Of a DNA stretch of 64,000 bases, positions 1 through 11,557 are shown piece after piece. A model generated the notes under the pieces. The model searched no databases. It was not told the origin of the DNA and worked only from the letters and a program-made list of their open reading frames with translations. Origin of the DNA: Mayamaea pseudoterrestris (lineage: Eukaryota); the NCBI GenBank assembly GCA_027923505.1, contig BROI01000010.1, positions 434,001-498,000 on the forward strand, given 5' to 3'. The translations under genes and the position numbers were made by a program. Within the stretch, counting starts at the first letter, position 1, and each line of letters opens with the position of its first letter.

Positions 1-3000
1 CGGCCACGCGGGTGTGGCAAGCGACAACAATTGGAGCCAAGGAAGCAGGCGGACTCGCCTCAACTTCTGGAATTGATCCCGTCGATGACTTTTTAGATGT
101 CATATACACTGGCAATGTCGATGTCGCCGCCACGGCCAAACAGTGTAAGATAACCAACAAGCGCAGCTCAACTATTCCAAACTGCTCTGGTCACCAGCAG
201 CCATGTAAACTACTGACAGTAAAGAAGAATGCAGAAAACAAGGGTCGACAGTTTTATTGCTGTTCATTTCCGCGAGGCGACCAGTGCAACCATTTTGAAT
301 GGGCCGACGATACACTGGAGGCGGCGCAGGCAGCCTTGCTGAAAAACCAATCTGTCTCTGGCTTTATTGCTCGACAAGTGGCAGCTTACATGGCGCAAAT
401 CAAGCAACACACGGTACCAGAACTTGCTGATCTGTTGCAGCGTCATGGACTCGACGGAAAAGGAAAGAAGCAGCAGCTGTTGACGCGGATCGCCGTCTGG
501 GTACGCGACGAGGTGGCAAAGGGGATTGCTTTGAATGAAGGCAATACCGATGATGACGAACAGTCCGCCAAAAATGACAATCTTCTTGACGAAAGGTCGG
601 GGGCGGCGTCTGGCGATCACACCGATGATGATTATACTTGCTCGTCCGATGACGAACTCGAATTTGTCGGGCAATCCATGGACAAGATTGATAGTGTATA
701 TGAATTGGCCAAAAACGACGAAGCCGGGAATGACGCGGAACCACAATGCGAATCAGAAACTATTCTTCATACCACGTTGCGAAAGCTTTTTGGACACTCT
801 ACATTCCGCGAAGGACAAGAGTGGACGATTCGTCGCTGCCTAGACAATGAGCGAACTTTATTGGTCGCCCCCACCGGATTCGGAAAATCCTTATGCTACA
901 CGTTGACTGCAGCATTGAAGGAAGGTGTCTGTATTGTGGTGTCTCCTCTGCTATCTCTGATCCAAGATCAGTTGCGGTTGCTTCCGCCAGGCATGGCAGC
1001 AGTGACTTTGTCTGGCACCATGACGAGGTCGAAATTGGCTGCAACGCTTGATGACATTGCTCGCGGACGAATCAAGATTGTCTTCGTTTCTCCAGAACGC
1101 CTAACGAGTGCATCCTTTCGGCGCCTCTTTCGATTGAAGTGGAGTCTTGAGCTAAAGACTCACAAGCGTATATTTCCGCCGGTCTCGCTATTTTGCGTCG
1201 ACGAAGCTCACACCTTGAGCCAATGGTCGCACCACTTTCGCCCTTCATATCTGCGTCTTCGTTCGGTCATGGCAATGATAGAGCCTCAAAGTGTGCTCGC
1301 CATTACAGCCACTGCCGGACCAAAGCTTGTGAATGACATTTGTCACATACTTGACATTCGTCGGCATCAGGAAGTGACGGATGCAGATGGATCAAAGACG
1401 CACGAGGGTATTCGACTAATGAGTTGCGACCGCGATAATATTGACATTTCTTGCTGCATTTTATCGTCACAGGAGCAACGGCTTGCAAAGGTAAGCTATA
1501 ACCGCTAGAGTTTTGCACCAGTGCGTCGGACAACGCTCATCAATTTATCCTTCTTTCTAGTTGATTGGTCTTCTCGGCCATCGCAAACACGCCAAAGCAG
1601 ACTGTGACGCGACAGCCGGTCTTCTATCTTCCGGCAGCGTAATCATATATGTATGGCGGCAGCGCGACGCCGAGGCAGTCGCTGAAAATATTCAAGCCGC
1701 AGCAGAAGTGCGAGGAGGTGTGACCGTTTATCACGGAGGGATGGATGCTGCCGCCCGCAGCAAGGCTCAAAGCAAGGTGCGAATATGCGCTGAAGTATTA
1801 ACTAGAAAAACTTCAAGTGATCTCACACCAAAAAATATTGTACACAGTTCATGCGGGGAAAGATACGCATTTGCGTGGCGACAGTTGCCTTTGGCCTGGG
1901 GATCAATAAAGGCGATATTGCCGGTGTCATTCACATGTACCTCTCCGCCTCTCCAGAACACTATCTTCAAGAAATCGGACGAGCTGGCCGCGACGGTCAA
2001 CAAGCTCATGCAGTCGCCTTAATTCTGGCGGACGAAGTCCTGGTACGCCACTCACTTGCACAAGCGACGATGATCTCGATAAGCCAGTTAGGATGGCTTC
2101 TTCATTACTTAGCACGCTGCGTCGACGAGGCCTTAAAAATGTTACCAGGCGAAAGCATGAAACCTGACATGATTAGCGTCGGCTTGATGATGTCTGAGTG
2201 TACGAAGGTTTGCGATTGCAAAGCTGAAACAGTGGAGACCGTTGTTTCTTTATTGGAGCAGCGAGAGGAATCGCTCCTTGTCGTGGAAGGGTGGAATTAT
2301 GATAAGGCCCACGTGTCGCCCCAACGCAATATCGAGAAACTTGCGGCCCGCGAGCCTGTTGTTCGTGCCATTTTGATGTGCGCAAAGTGCACCGAACAGC
2401 CAGCCGGGGATCGACCTGAAGAAGCATCAAATGATTACGCGAATGACCAGAAACTTGCCAGCAACGTCTTTGGTGCGTACAGCTTCTCCGTCGCACAATG
2501 CGCTAACTGTCTAGGATCTGGTGCAGAGCCTCGCCATGTCTTTGCAGCGTTGCGGAGGTTGAAACTAAGTGGCGACATCGATTACGTCTTGGACCTGTCC
2601 GATGCTGGAAAAGGTTTAAATATTAAAATTCTTCGCGCTGGACTGAAACGCTTGAAAGTTGAAGGTCTTGGCTTGATTGATGGCCTCGCAAAGGAGCTCG
2701 CCCAAATTTTGAACGGATCTGTCGCTGCGTCTTGCCGTAAAGTTTTGAATCTGGACCGCATTCTACGCCAAGTTGCGTCCTTGCCATCAAGCACGGTGAC
2801 CAAAGCGAAGTCATCAAGGCTTTGCCTATTTCAGCAACTTATACGGGAATATTTTGAGGCCGACAGGCATGACGAGCCGATTCCTGATAAAGGCAAGGAT
2901 GTTTCCTTGTTTGCGGATCTCAACCAGCGAAGCGTATCAGCAGACGTTCGCTCCATCTTTTCGTATCTGACAGGCATGGAAAATTCACTCCAACACTTTG

Positions 3001-3159
3001 GGGAGCTTGGCACTAAGTGATTGTTCAGACTACGCTTCATTGGCAATCGCAAAATTCTTGCATGGTATAAATGCATCGGACGCTATCTCGTCGGCAGCGT
3101 TTTATCAGCATGCTCTGTTCCGGACGATTACAAGACTCACAATTCAGTCGTTTGCATAA
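1..3159 (+). CDS. RECQL4: RecQ4-like SF2 DNA helicase (5' partial) with N-terminal GRF zinc finger and SAP domain; 3 exons (..1490, 1561-1776, 1848-~3159)
   Basis: Helicase motifs are present: I APTGFGKS, Ia VVSPLLSLIQDQ, II VDEAH followed by SQWSHHFRPSYLRL, III TATA, YHGGM, ATVAFGLGINK and VI YLQEIGRAGRDG. GT-AG introns 1491-1560 and 1777-1847 join the frames. The main frame stops at 3020, but a RecQ4-type C-terminal motif (LAIAKFLHGI) continues in another frame to 3159. Confidence 0.85.
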
Positions 3160-3205
3160 TGGAAATACACAAAATCACCAACAACTAAATAAAAATAGAG
3201 TGACC

Positions 3206-5412
3206 TTATAAGTGTGCCTTGAAAGAATTGACAGATGCTCACCCCGAGGAGTGTCGGCCAGATGTCACCTTACCCCTGGCGGTTTCGCCTCAGTCGTCCG
3301 TGGCACGGTAGTCACGTTAATAAGCGAAGGGCGATGTATCAGGATTAGCGCTCATGTCCGCAGGCCGAGCGGAGCCAGTCGTCATAGTATCCTTTCGTCA
3401 GAATGGCCTACAACCGGCCAAATGAAGTGCAGTCATCAGTTTCTGCTGTTGCCCATATCACGATGCTGCTGTTCCGTCACGTCCAAGAGGGATTGCGCCC
3501 GCGGCGGGGAATCCGAAGACGTCTCCGCAGCCCCATTATTCGCAGACGTGCTCAAGCAGCGACGAACAGCGGCAACAAACTCTGGCACCAATGAAGATAA
3601 GACACGGACCATCACGACAAACGGAGTTGGGATAGCTGTTGTCCAGCAGAGCATTGCGACAAGGATGGAACCCGAGAAAATGCTGCCGACCGTTGCGCAA
3701 AAAGAGACAAAGCACCAACACACGGCAACCGCGGAAAGGACGATTAGTGCTGTGGTGCAGTCGGAAGAACAGAGAAGTTCGAGATCGGCGGGAGGAGACA
3801 CAGCGAGAAGCTGACCAAAGGGGGGAACAGCACGACTTCGTACTATAGGTTCTCGGTCAGCAATTTGAATCGTAGCATCCGCAGCCGCCCACCTGAATGC
3901 TTCTTCGCGATCTTCTGCTGCGTCCATAGTCTTTTTCTGGAACGTCTGTCTCATCTCGACAATTTCGTCACCTAGACAACGAGATAGTCAGAAAGTGTGT
4001 CTTTGAAAACCTTGCTCTCAACGCGACGAACGTACCCAATATTTCCTCAATAATGTCTTCGAGGGGAATAATCCCCTCTAATTCGTAGTGGGTCCTGTGT
4101 TCCATCCTTGTTGTTCACATCTCGAATCAGAACCATGTGCGATCGTCCCTTCTTCACTCACGTAATATATCGCCCAGCTTGTCGTCGACCCATGCAACGT
4201 GGAGAGACCGGCCGAAAATGTCAATCACATCCCGCGACGCGTGTTGCTGCGAGAGCAGAAAGGATAGAGAGTGAGGGACAGTTTGCGGGCTGTTGAAGGA
4301 GCACGTACTTCACGTCACCTACCATCTTCTGGATCGATAAAGATTAGATCCTTTACAAATAAAAGACCAATGACATTGTTCTGCAAAGCATTAGAAAAGT
4401 GGTAACGAAATGTGAGCGGTGTTGAACATCCATTAGTTATAATCAGGCATCACAAATAACGTGCTTTGTCAACTTCGTATACGGGTATGCGGCTGTACCC
4501 CGTTTTAAAAATCTGCGCCATGGTCTCGTAGTTGAGTTTGTCGTCCACGGAAAGCATAAAGATGCGCTCCACTGGCGTCATGACGTCCTTCACCGAAAGG
4601 TTCTTGCGGAGAGCGCCCGTCATGGCTACGGCCGTCTCTGGATCAAGCGCATTCTCTGTAACATGAATTTGTAGCAACTTCATGAGCTCCGCTGTACTGT
4701 AAGTTGTAGCTATCTCACTGCCTAGCGCCTTGTCAAGCACCCAAGAGAGCGGATAAGCTATAGGAAACAAGAAAACCATGACGCATCGAACCATTGGCAC
4801 CGACGCACTCCCAATCGCCAGCGAATAGCGACTGCACAGAGCTTGCGGAATAATTTCTCCAAAAATAACGATCAGTATTGTCGACAAGAGAAAGCCAATT
4901 AATCCACCAGCCTTGTCAGCCAAAAGAATGGACAGAAGCGAGTTTGCTCCAACGTTACCAAGTACCAGCGAGCACAGCAGAAGATTGCCACGTTTCCTCA
5001 AGGGAAATATTCGTTTTGCTCTTGCGGCATTAACGGCATCGTCGCCTGCCATGATGATTTCAAGCCCAGTCTTGTCCAAACCGATGAGACCCAGAGTGAG
5101 ACCAGCAAAGGCGGCCGTAATCACAAGCAGCAGTATAATGAGTAGTATCTGCACCGCAAATGGTACGCCTTGAAAAACGTTTGATTCACCCACGGGCTCA
5201 GGACACTCGGTAACATATTGCTGGCAGCAAGTTTCCGTACAATTTTGCTGCAGCAAACGATTTGAAGTAGCATCTTGGCTAGAGCGGAGAAACGTATGTG
5301 ACAATTCCGAATAAGCAAGTACACATTGCGCCGCGGCGACGGAAGCGACCAGAGTTGCTACAAGACGGCCGATACCATTTCCGTAGCTACCATTTGAATT
5401 AAAATAGTGCAT
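3206..5412 (-). CDS. CNNM/DUF21 (CorC-like) CBS-pair metal transporter; multi-exon, 3' exons frameshifted, 3' end approximate
   Basis: DUF21 motifs FAGLTLGLIGLD, GNLLLCSLVLGNV and FGEIIPQALCSR. CBS motifs VKDVMTP and GYSRIPVYE. The next exon (4380-4323) reads NNVIGLLFVKDLIFIDPED, followed by KKGRSHMVLIRDVNN, LEDIIEEILG and DEIV in shifting frames. The N-terminus is hydrophobic and signal-like. Confidence 0.85.
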
Positions 5413-5647
5413 TCAGAAGTTGCCAGTGATGCTGGCTTTTAAATAGAAAAGTAGTAGGAAGTGGCTAGCAAGAGGTAGCCTTGGTGGTGGATATTCGGAG
5501 CCAGATGGAAGTCGACGAAAGTGCGATCGTTCCACGAAATCAACAGGCCGGAATCGTATCGTTACTCAATTGTACCGGAGCGACACTCAACATTCATGCA
5601 TGGCAACCGTCGGTTTCACTCGTTCCAACAAAGGCCGACTTGCAACA

Positions 5648-5986
5648 ATGGTGGACTACGAGGGCCAAAAGCTAGGGGAAATCATTTTTCATGTTCTCAT
5701 CATCTCCTTTGGCAGTATCGGATGGGTGATTGGTTACTTGAAACAAGATTTTACAATTTGCGTCCAAGCGTGGCTGGTTGGCGTTGTTCTTTCGATTATT
5801 GTGAGTCTTCGCTCAGCATCCTTGTTGCGTTCGACAAACATGTTGAATTGATTGCTGACTTGAATTCGATTTGTTTTCTGTTTGCAGCTATGCGTGCCAG
5901 ATTGGCCTTTCTACAATCGGCATCCGGTAAAATGGCTTGACTCTGTTCCGGATCGACGACTGCCAAAGGCAACCAAGGCGGATTAA
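5648..5986 (+). CDS. SPCS1: Signal peptidase complex subunit 1 (SPC12); 2 exons 5648-5800 and 5888-5986
   Basis: MVDYEGQKL, two transmembrane segments, then a GTGAGT..TGCAG intron (5801-5887) and LCVPDWPFYNRHPVKWL, matching the SPC12 family signature. Confidence 0.9.
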
Positions 5987-6890
5987 GTGCATTGATAATT
6001 ATGTTTGACACTTGAAAGGCGATGAGTTGTTACTATTGGATTGTATTGACGGTGATTGGCGACTATTACGTTTATAATACACCTTGCCTTTGCATGGATA
6101 TTGGCAGTTGCCAAAGTGAGCCGTGGGAAACATGAGGCTTTGGAGGCACTACGAGGGAAAACTTTAAGTATTTATAGCGACGTCTTATATGGTACCAAGT
6201 AGCGCTATTTTTGGCCAGCAGCTACTACCATAGTCAGGGTAGGGTGGCTCTGCAATGGCAATCAATCATGTCGAGTGGATATGACTTGTAAGGCACCGCC
6301 GATTACGTCTGGTACAACCTTCTTCGTGTTTGCGGATTCTGGATTCTTCCATCCGCTACTTTCACCGGTGATAATATGCATGGCAACGCTACTTTTAGGT
6401 CTGCTTCGATTCGGTCTATTAGTCAGAACAATCCCGGTCCTTCGACGCAATAGCTGAAATGTCAACTCCGACCCTTCACCACGTGGCCATTTTGCGTGCA
6501 GCAGTGAAATGCTCGACCATCTCCACTCGCTTCATCAAAATACGGAAATGGAAAAGATCGGCAACTGCAACTACCGGTAATATTCGCAACGACCAAGGAG
6601 AAATCGTTAGATTGCAGACCGCCCAACACGTTTAAAGAGTCATCACATGCGCAGTGAACTATTGGCGACTGCGCGTGGCTACGTTTGTTGCACGACAAGA
6701 CGCGTTGAAGCGATTTAGAGTCGTGAAGCTGTGAAAGGCGAAAGACTGTGAGAGTATATTGAATAGACACACGCATTGGCGACCAATCGTTTATTGCAAT
6801 TGTTATTGTATATGAGTCGGTATACAAGCACTTGCTTCTCGTGCCAGTAGTCATCTGTCATCTACGGTACTCGAGTCTGCGGAGGCGAAC

Positions 6891-7943
6891 ATGTCGGACA
6901 GCAGCGACGATGCAAACGGCAAATTACCAATCTCCTCTCAACCTGCTCATTACGAGGAATGGCGTGGAGGAGGCCAAACTGACGAAAGGTACCATTTGGA
7001 AAGAGACGAGTCTATTGCTTTCCGTCCCGCCCATGACAGTGCTCAGGTTGGATCGATCAAAGAACAAGATGCAGACAATGCCATTCCACCCCCGCAAATT
7101 CTGTCGACAACCGATGCACCACCATGGCTATCCAACAATACATCAACGAGACGAAGAAAGAAGCCTCGAGGCATGCCAAAGAGACCATTGAGCGCCTACA
7201 ATATATTCTTCCAGACACAGCGACCCATTGTCTTGTCCTCAGCGGACAATCATGTTGACGGAAAGGGAGTGGGCTTTGCTAATCTAGCTAGGATTATTGG
7301 AGCTCAATGGAAGGAGATTGATGACGTTGAAAGAGCAAAGTATGATCAGTTGGCGGACGAAGATACAGCGCGATACCGGTTGGAGATGGATGCCTATCAT
7401 GATTGGAAACGTAAGCAAAACTTATATCAACATGACGACGACATGCAACAATTAGCACCGCCAGACGATCCTGTTACGAAGAATCATCAAAAATTTCTAA
7501 TACTTGATTATGACGAGCCACCACCTGTGACCAACAGTCGTCTTGCTTCCTTTTTAACGTCGCCGCTGCACGCTCGTTTACCCGACTCGGAAGCCCAATC
7601 GTCAGTATACAATGTCTTTGACCATTCCAGTCACCATTTTGACTCGCAACACTCTTACCAATCCGCATGGTATCCAAGAGACTACTCAAATGGTGCTGCA
7701 GCTACGGGACGACGTGTCGCCCCATTGTCTGTGGACGCACTGCCCATTCCACAAGGCGTGACTATCACCCTACCTGACCATACAGGCGTTGAACGTCTCT
7801 ACACAGTCGATTATCGTCTCTATGTCATGACAAGACGCGAGGCGCGAGAATATATGCAGAGGCTTCGAGACATTCCCCGACTAGGTATCCCCGAAATTGA
7901 GCCGCGGGCACCATGGGATGCTGTCATTCCTCGAAAAAAGTAA
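6891..7943 (+). CDS. HMG-box DNA-binding protein (350 aa, single exon)
   Basis: HMG box: KKPRGMPKRPLSAYNIFF...GFANLARIIGAQWKEI...KYDQLADEDTARYRLEMDAY. Confidence 0.9.
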   Translation: MSDSSDDANGKLPISSQPAHYEEWRGGGQTDERYHLERDESIAFRPAHDSAQVGSIKEQDADNAIPPPQILSTTDAPPWLSNNTSTRRRKKPRGMPKRPLSAYNIFFQTQRPIVLSSADNHVDGKGVGFANLARIIGAQWKEIDDVERAKYDQLADEDTARYRLEMDAYHDWKRKQNLYQHDDDMQQLAPPDDPVTKNHQKFLILDYDEPPPVTNSRLASFLTSPLHARLPDSEAQSSVYNVFDHSSHHFDSQHSYQSAWYPRDYSNGAAATGRRVAPLSVDALPIPQGVTITLPDHTGVERLYTVDYRLYVMTRREAREYMQRLRDIPRLGIPEIEPRAPWDAVIPRKK

Positions 7944-8324
7944 TTGAGAATGCGTGTAGGACATGATTCACATTGCGAACTTGTAATGGCAATAAAATTA
8001 TTGGTGCCGATTTCTGAGGGACATGCGATCATCACAGGTAAAGCGCTAAGGGAACACTACGGAGGTGCATAAACAGACGTTAAAGCTACATTGGCTGCTT
8101 TAATTTCATTCGTATTACTTGGACTGCTGCTATAATGGGGAGCCAAAGGTAGCTACCGTATGACAGTTGATGGAGCTACTGTACGGTACCCCACTATCGA
8201 AAGAAGAAACGGACATCGCACTGAGCGTCGCACTGTGTTTCAGTGCTCCTCACAGCCACGAAAAGGATAAAATAAATGGAGCACTCACTCGTTTGCGAAA
8301 AAGAACAACAAATCAAGCGATACC

Positions 8325-11300
8325 ATGGTAAAACGGAAGCAGAGATCCAAACGATCTGTCTCCAGTCTTCCAAAGGGATTGCCAACCCGTGGTGGCGGAG
8401 AGAATCCCTTTGAAGCCGTTCACCGCGCCAAGCGTCCCAAGCATGATGTCGTGAATCGCCCAACGATGAAATCGGCTGGACCGTCAGCGCTGGCTCGTTC
8501 CATTCAGCAGCGACAGGAAGCTATTCAGGCCGCCCGCAAAGCGAGTCAATCGGCTAATGTGTTCCAGGATAAGCGTATTGGCGAGTACAGCCCTGAGCAC
8601 TCACAAGACGACAAGCAGATTGCTCGCTTGGTGCGAGAGCGAAGTCAACGAAGCAAACGGAGCCAAAAGTTTAATTTGGATGGCGACAACGAAGAATTAC
8701 TGACTCACAAAGGGAAAACGCTAGACAAGCTCACTGCCGCTGACCATATCATTCTGTCGGATGACGAGGACGACGACTTTGGAGGGTTGGAGACGGACCT
8801 CCATTTCGGCGGTGGAACGCAAAAGGCTTCCATCTATGGCCACTCGGTGGACATGGCGGATGTTTACGCTCAGCGCAAAAACGACCTTGACGATATCATC
8901 ATGCGACGTAAAATCCTCAAGGCGGAACGACTTGAAAACAAGCACATGCAGGAGGAAAAGATCGAAACCATGGACGAACAGTATCAAGAACTTGCTAATC
9001 TGCTCCAATTTCGTGACAAAGAGAAGGAGATTAGAGAGTATACTGCGAGCCGACGTAATGGGACGCTTACGAAAGAGGATGAAGAGTTTGAAGAGTGGAA
9101 TAAAGAGCTCAAAACCTTTCAATTTGCATCAACTAAGGTCAAGGCGGCGGATCGCACCAAAACACCCGAGGAGGTGGCCAAGGAGGAGGCGGACCGGTTG
9201 CAGGAGCTTGAGACGAGGCGGCTGGCGCGAATGAATGGTGATTTTGACAGCGATAGCTTGGCTGATATCTCTGATGAGGAAGGCTTCTCATCAAAGGTAA
9301 CCATGTCGAAGAAAAGAAGGAAGGCAGATTCGGCTGAAGCTTTAGACTATGCCGACAGCGACGACGACAAGGGCGACCAACCGAAGCCACGTTTTACGCC
9401 TGATGGGTTGGTTATGGTGAATAGGAAAGGAGTAGTTGTGGAAAATGCAGAGGAAGAAGACGGCGATGATGAGCTACTAGATGGAAACGCTAACGCGCCC
9501 ATGCCAGAGCATGCCGCGGGGACGCGGATTCTCGCCAACTATCAGGCGCATGCGCAATTTGATGAGCATGAATCTTGGTTTGAAGGAGTTGTTACGAATG
9601 TTAACAAAGATGTTGAATCCGGAAAGGTATCATATGATATAACGTACGACGATGGTGACTTCGAAGAAGGCGTTTTGGCTCGTCATGTACGATTACCGAG
9701 CGAGGCTGCTGTTGTAAACGTTAACCAGCCTTGTGAAACAGATAAGACGGCAAAGGCAAAATTAAGCAAAGCGAAGTCTAGAGCCAGGTACGTCAATGGG
9801 GACAGGTAAACGTCGTAGATAGACGGTGTGTTCTTGAATTCGCGCTTTCGTGCCATTCGAATGCTGTTGGACCTGGAAGGGCGTTATGCTCCAGATAGGT
9901 TCTCGAAAATGATATTCACCCAGAGTAATAAAGACCATAATAGTACTTTTTGGATTGAGAATCCTCCCTTGAGTCTCCTTGGTATATACATCTGCTAACG
10001 AACTTCTATGCCTCTTTTTAGAGCGACCATACCCTATGTTTTTGAAGTCCCTACTACTCTCGATGCTCTTCACGAGTTGATCGCTGCGCATGCATCAACC
10101 GGGGAGGACGCCTCAACGATAATCGATCGCATCTACAAAGTTAACTCTGTACGACTTGATCGTCGCAACACAGAACGTATGCAAAATTTTTACGATGTAT
10201 TGCTGCGTCGCTTCGTGGCAATCGGCGATGCGATATTTGAGTCGGGCGGTGGTGGTCCACAGCTTGGCCGCTATAAGCAACTTAATGCACTTCTTAAAGC
10301 ATTGTACGCAATGGCTCAAGATGCCCCGGATAGCGCAACAGCTGTATGGAGTCGACGATTGGGCGTATTGCAGAGTGCCCACGCGAAGCGTTTGCGCGAT
10401 GCCGAGCTCGACACCCAAGATGAAGATAACGACGAAGAAATAACCGCTTGGCCTTCAACGGGAGTTTTTTTGGCCTTACGGAGTATAGGCCACATTTTTC
10501 CCGTGACGGATCGGCGGCATCATGTTGTGACGCCAACGCTTCTATTCCTCGCGCAAATAATCGGTCACACTCCCGTTACATCTCTCTACGATCTGGTTCT
10601 TGGCGTCATGTGTTCAGGCTTGTTGCTCGAATATTCAAAAGGAGCACAACGTATTGTGCCAGAATGCTTAGTTTTTCTTGCTGATGTGATTCGGCTCTAT
10701 ACGCCTGATGTTACTACGTCTGCAGGCGCCTTTGCACTTCCTTCACTTGGTGCTGCTTCCACTATGCATATATTTACGTCACTACGACTAGCGGTGTCGA
10801 AACTTGAAGCTAGTGACTACTTACGATTGTCGCTGGAGAAAAGCAGAATTAACGGCGAAGAAATCAAGTCTGCGATTTTAGCGTCAGCCCTCCAACTGAC
10901 GGAGATGGCTGCCAATTTCTTCGGTGTCCCTCAATCGTCAGTGACACAAGAGTCATTCGTCGTGCTAGCCGAGAGTGTACTCTCACTTGAACCGAAGTCA
11001 CGTCAGTATCCATTTCCTAAAGTTATGCAACAGAAAGTGAGAGACTGCGTGTCGGCAATATCAAAAGTTTGCCCCGGAGGATTGAGGGCACCATTAAGGT
11101 TACGATCTGGTCCAACGATACGTGAAAAAGCAATAAAGAGCTTGGCTCCCCGCATGGAAGATCCTTCTAAGTACTCCTTGTCCAAGGATAAAGGCAAAGG
11201 CGCGACGCAAGCTGCGCTGGACCGCACTCGTCGTGAGTATAAGCGCGAGCACAAGGCAGTGGCAAGAGAATTGCGAACGGATGCTGCGTTCTTTGAAGCT

Positions 11301-11504
11301 GAACGACGGAAGGATAAAGAGAAGAAAGACTCATCCGCACGTGCCAAGCGGCACAAGGCCTTTTCTTGGATGGAAGGAGAGCAGGCGACAATGAATCAAC
11401 AAGTCCGCCAAGGTGGCGGCTTACTGTCCGGTGGAGGTATTGGAGCTGCTCGAGCCAAGGCGAAGAGCGCCAAGGTTGGAATGAAGAAGGGCGGAAAGCT
11501 TTAA
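8325..11504 (+). CDS. NOP14: Nucleolar protein Nop14 (SSU processome); 2 exons 8325-9787 and 10022-11504
   Basis: Family motifs NPFE, FQDKRIGE, LLTHKGK, DRTKTPEEVAKEEADRLQELETRRLARM, IPYVFEVP, FPVTDRRHHVVTP and YKREHKAVARELRTDAAF. A GTACGT..TTTAG intron joins the two ORFs in frame. Confidence 0.9.
9860..9993 (+). ncRNA. Candidate intronic H/ACA snoRNA in the NOP14 intron
   Basis: The intron is 234 bp against ~70-90 bp for its neighbours. It has an ANANNA box AGAGTA (9922-9927), a hairpin GGATT-GAG-AATCC (9952-9964) inside an ACCA/TGGT basal stem, and ACA at 9988-9990 just before the branch-like GCTAAC. The 5' hairpin is not clearly resolved. Confidence 0.3.
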
Positions 11505-11557
11505 TTATTATAATTGAAAGACGGCCTTAGTTTTACAGAAAATTATGTCGCAAGTCT

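Noticed and set aside
3212..3954. Stand-alone ORFs 3212-3814 (+) and 3436-3954 (-)
   Set aside because: They are better explained as antisense or frameshifted pieces of the CNNM 3' region.
6262..6854. Short ORFs between SPC12 and the HMG gene
   Set aside because: There are no recognisable motifs or supported splice structure, so they cannot be supported as genes.
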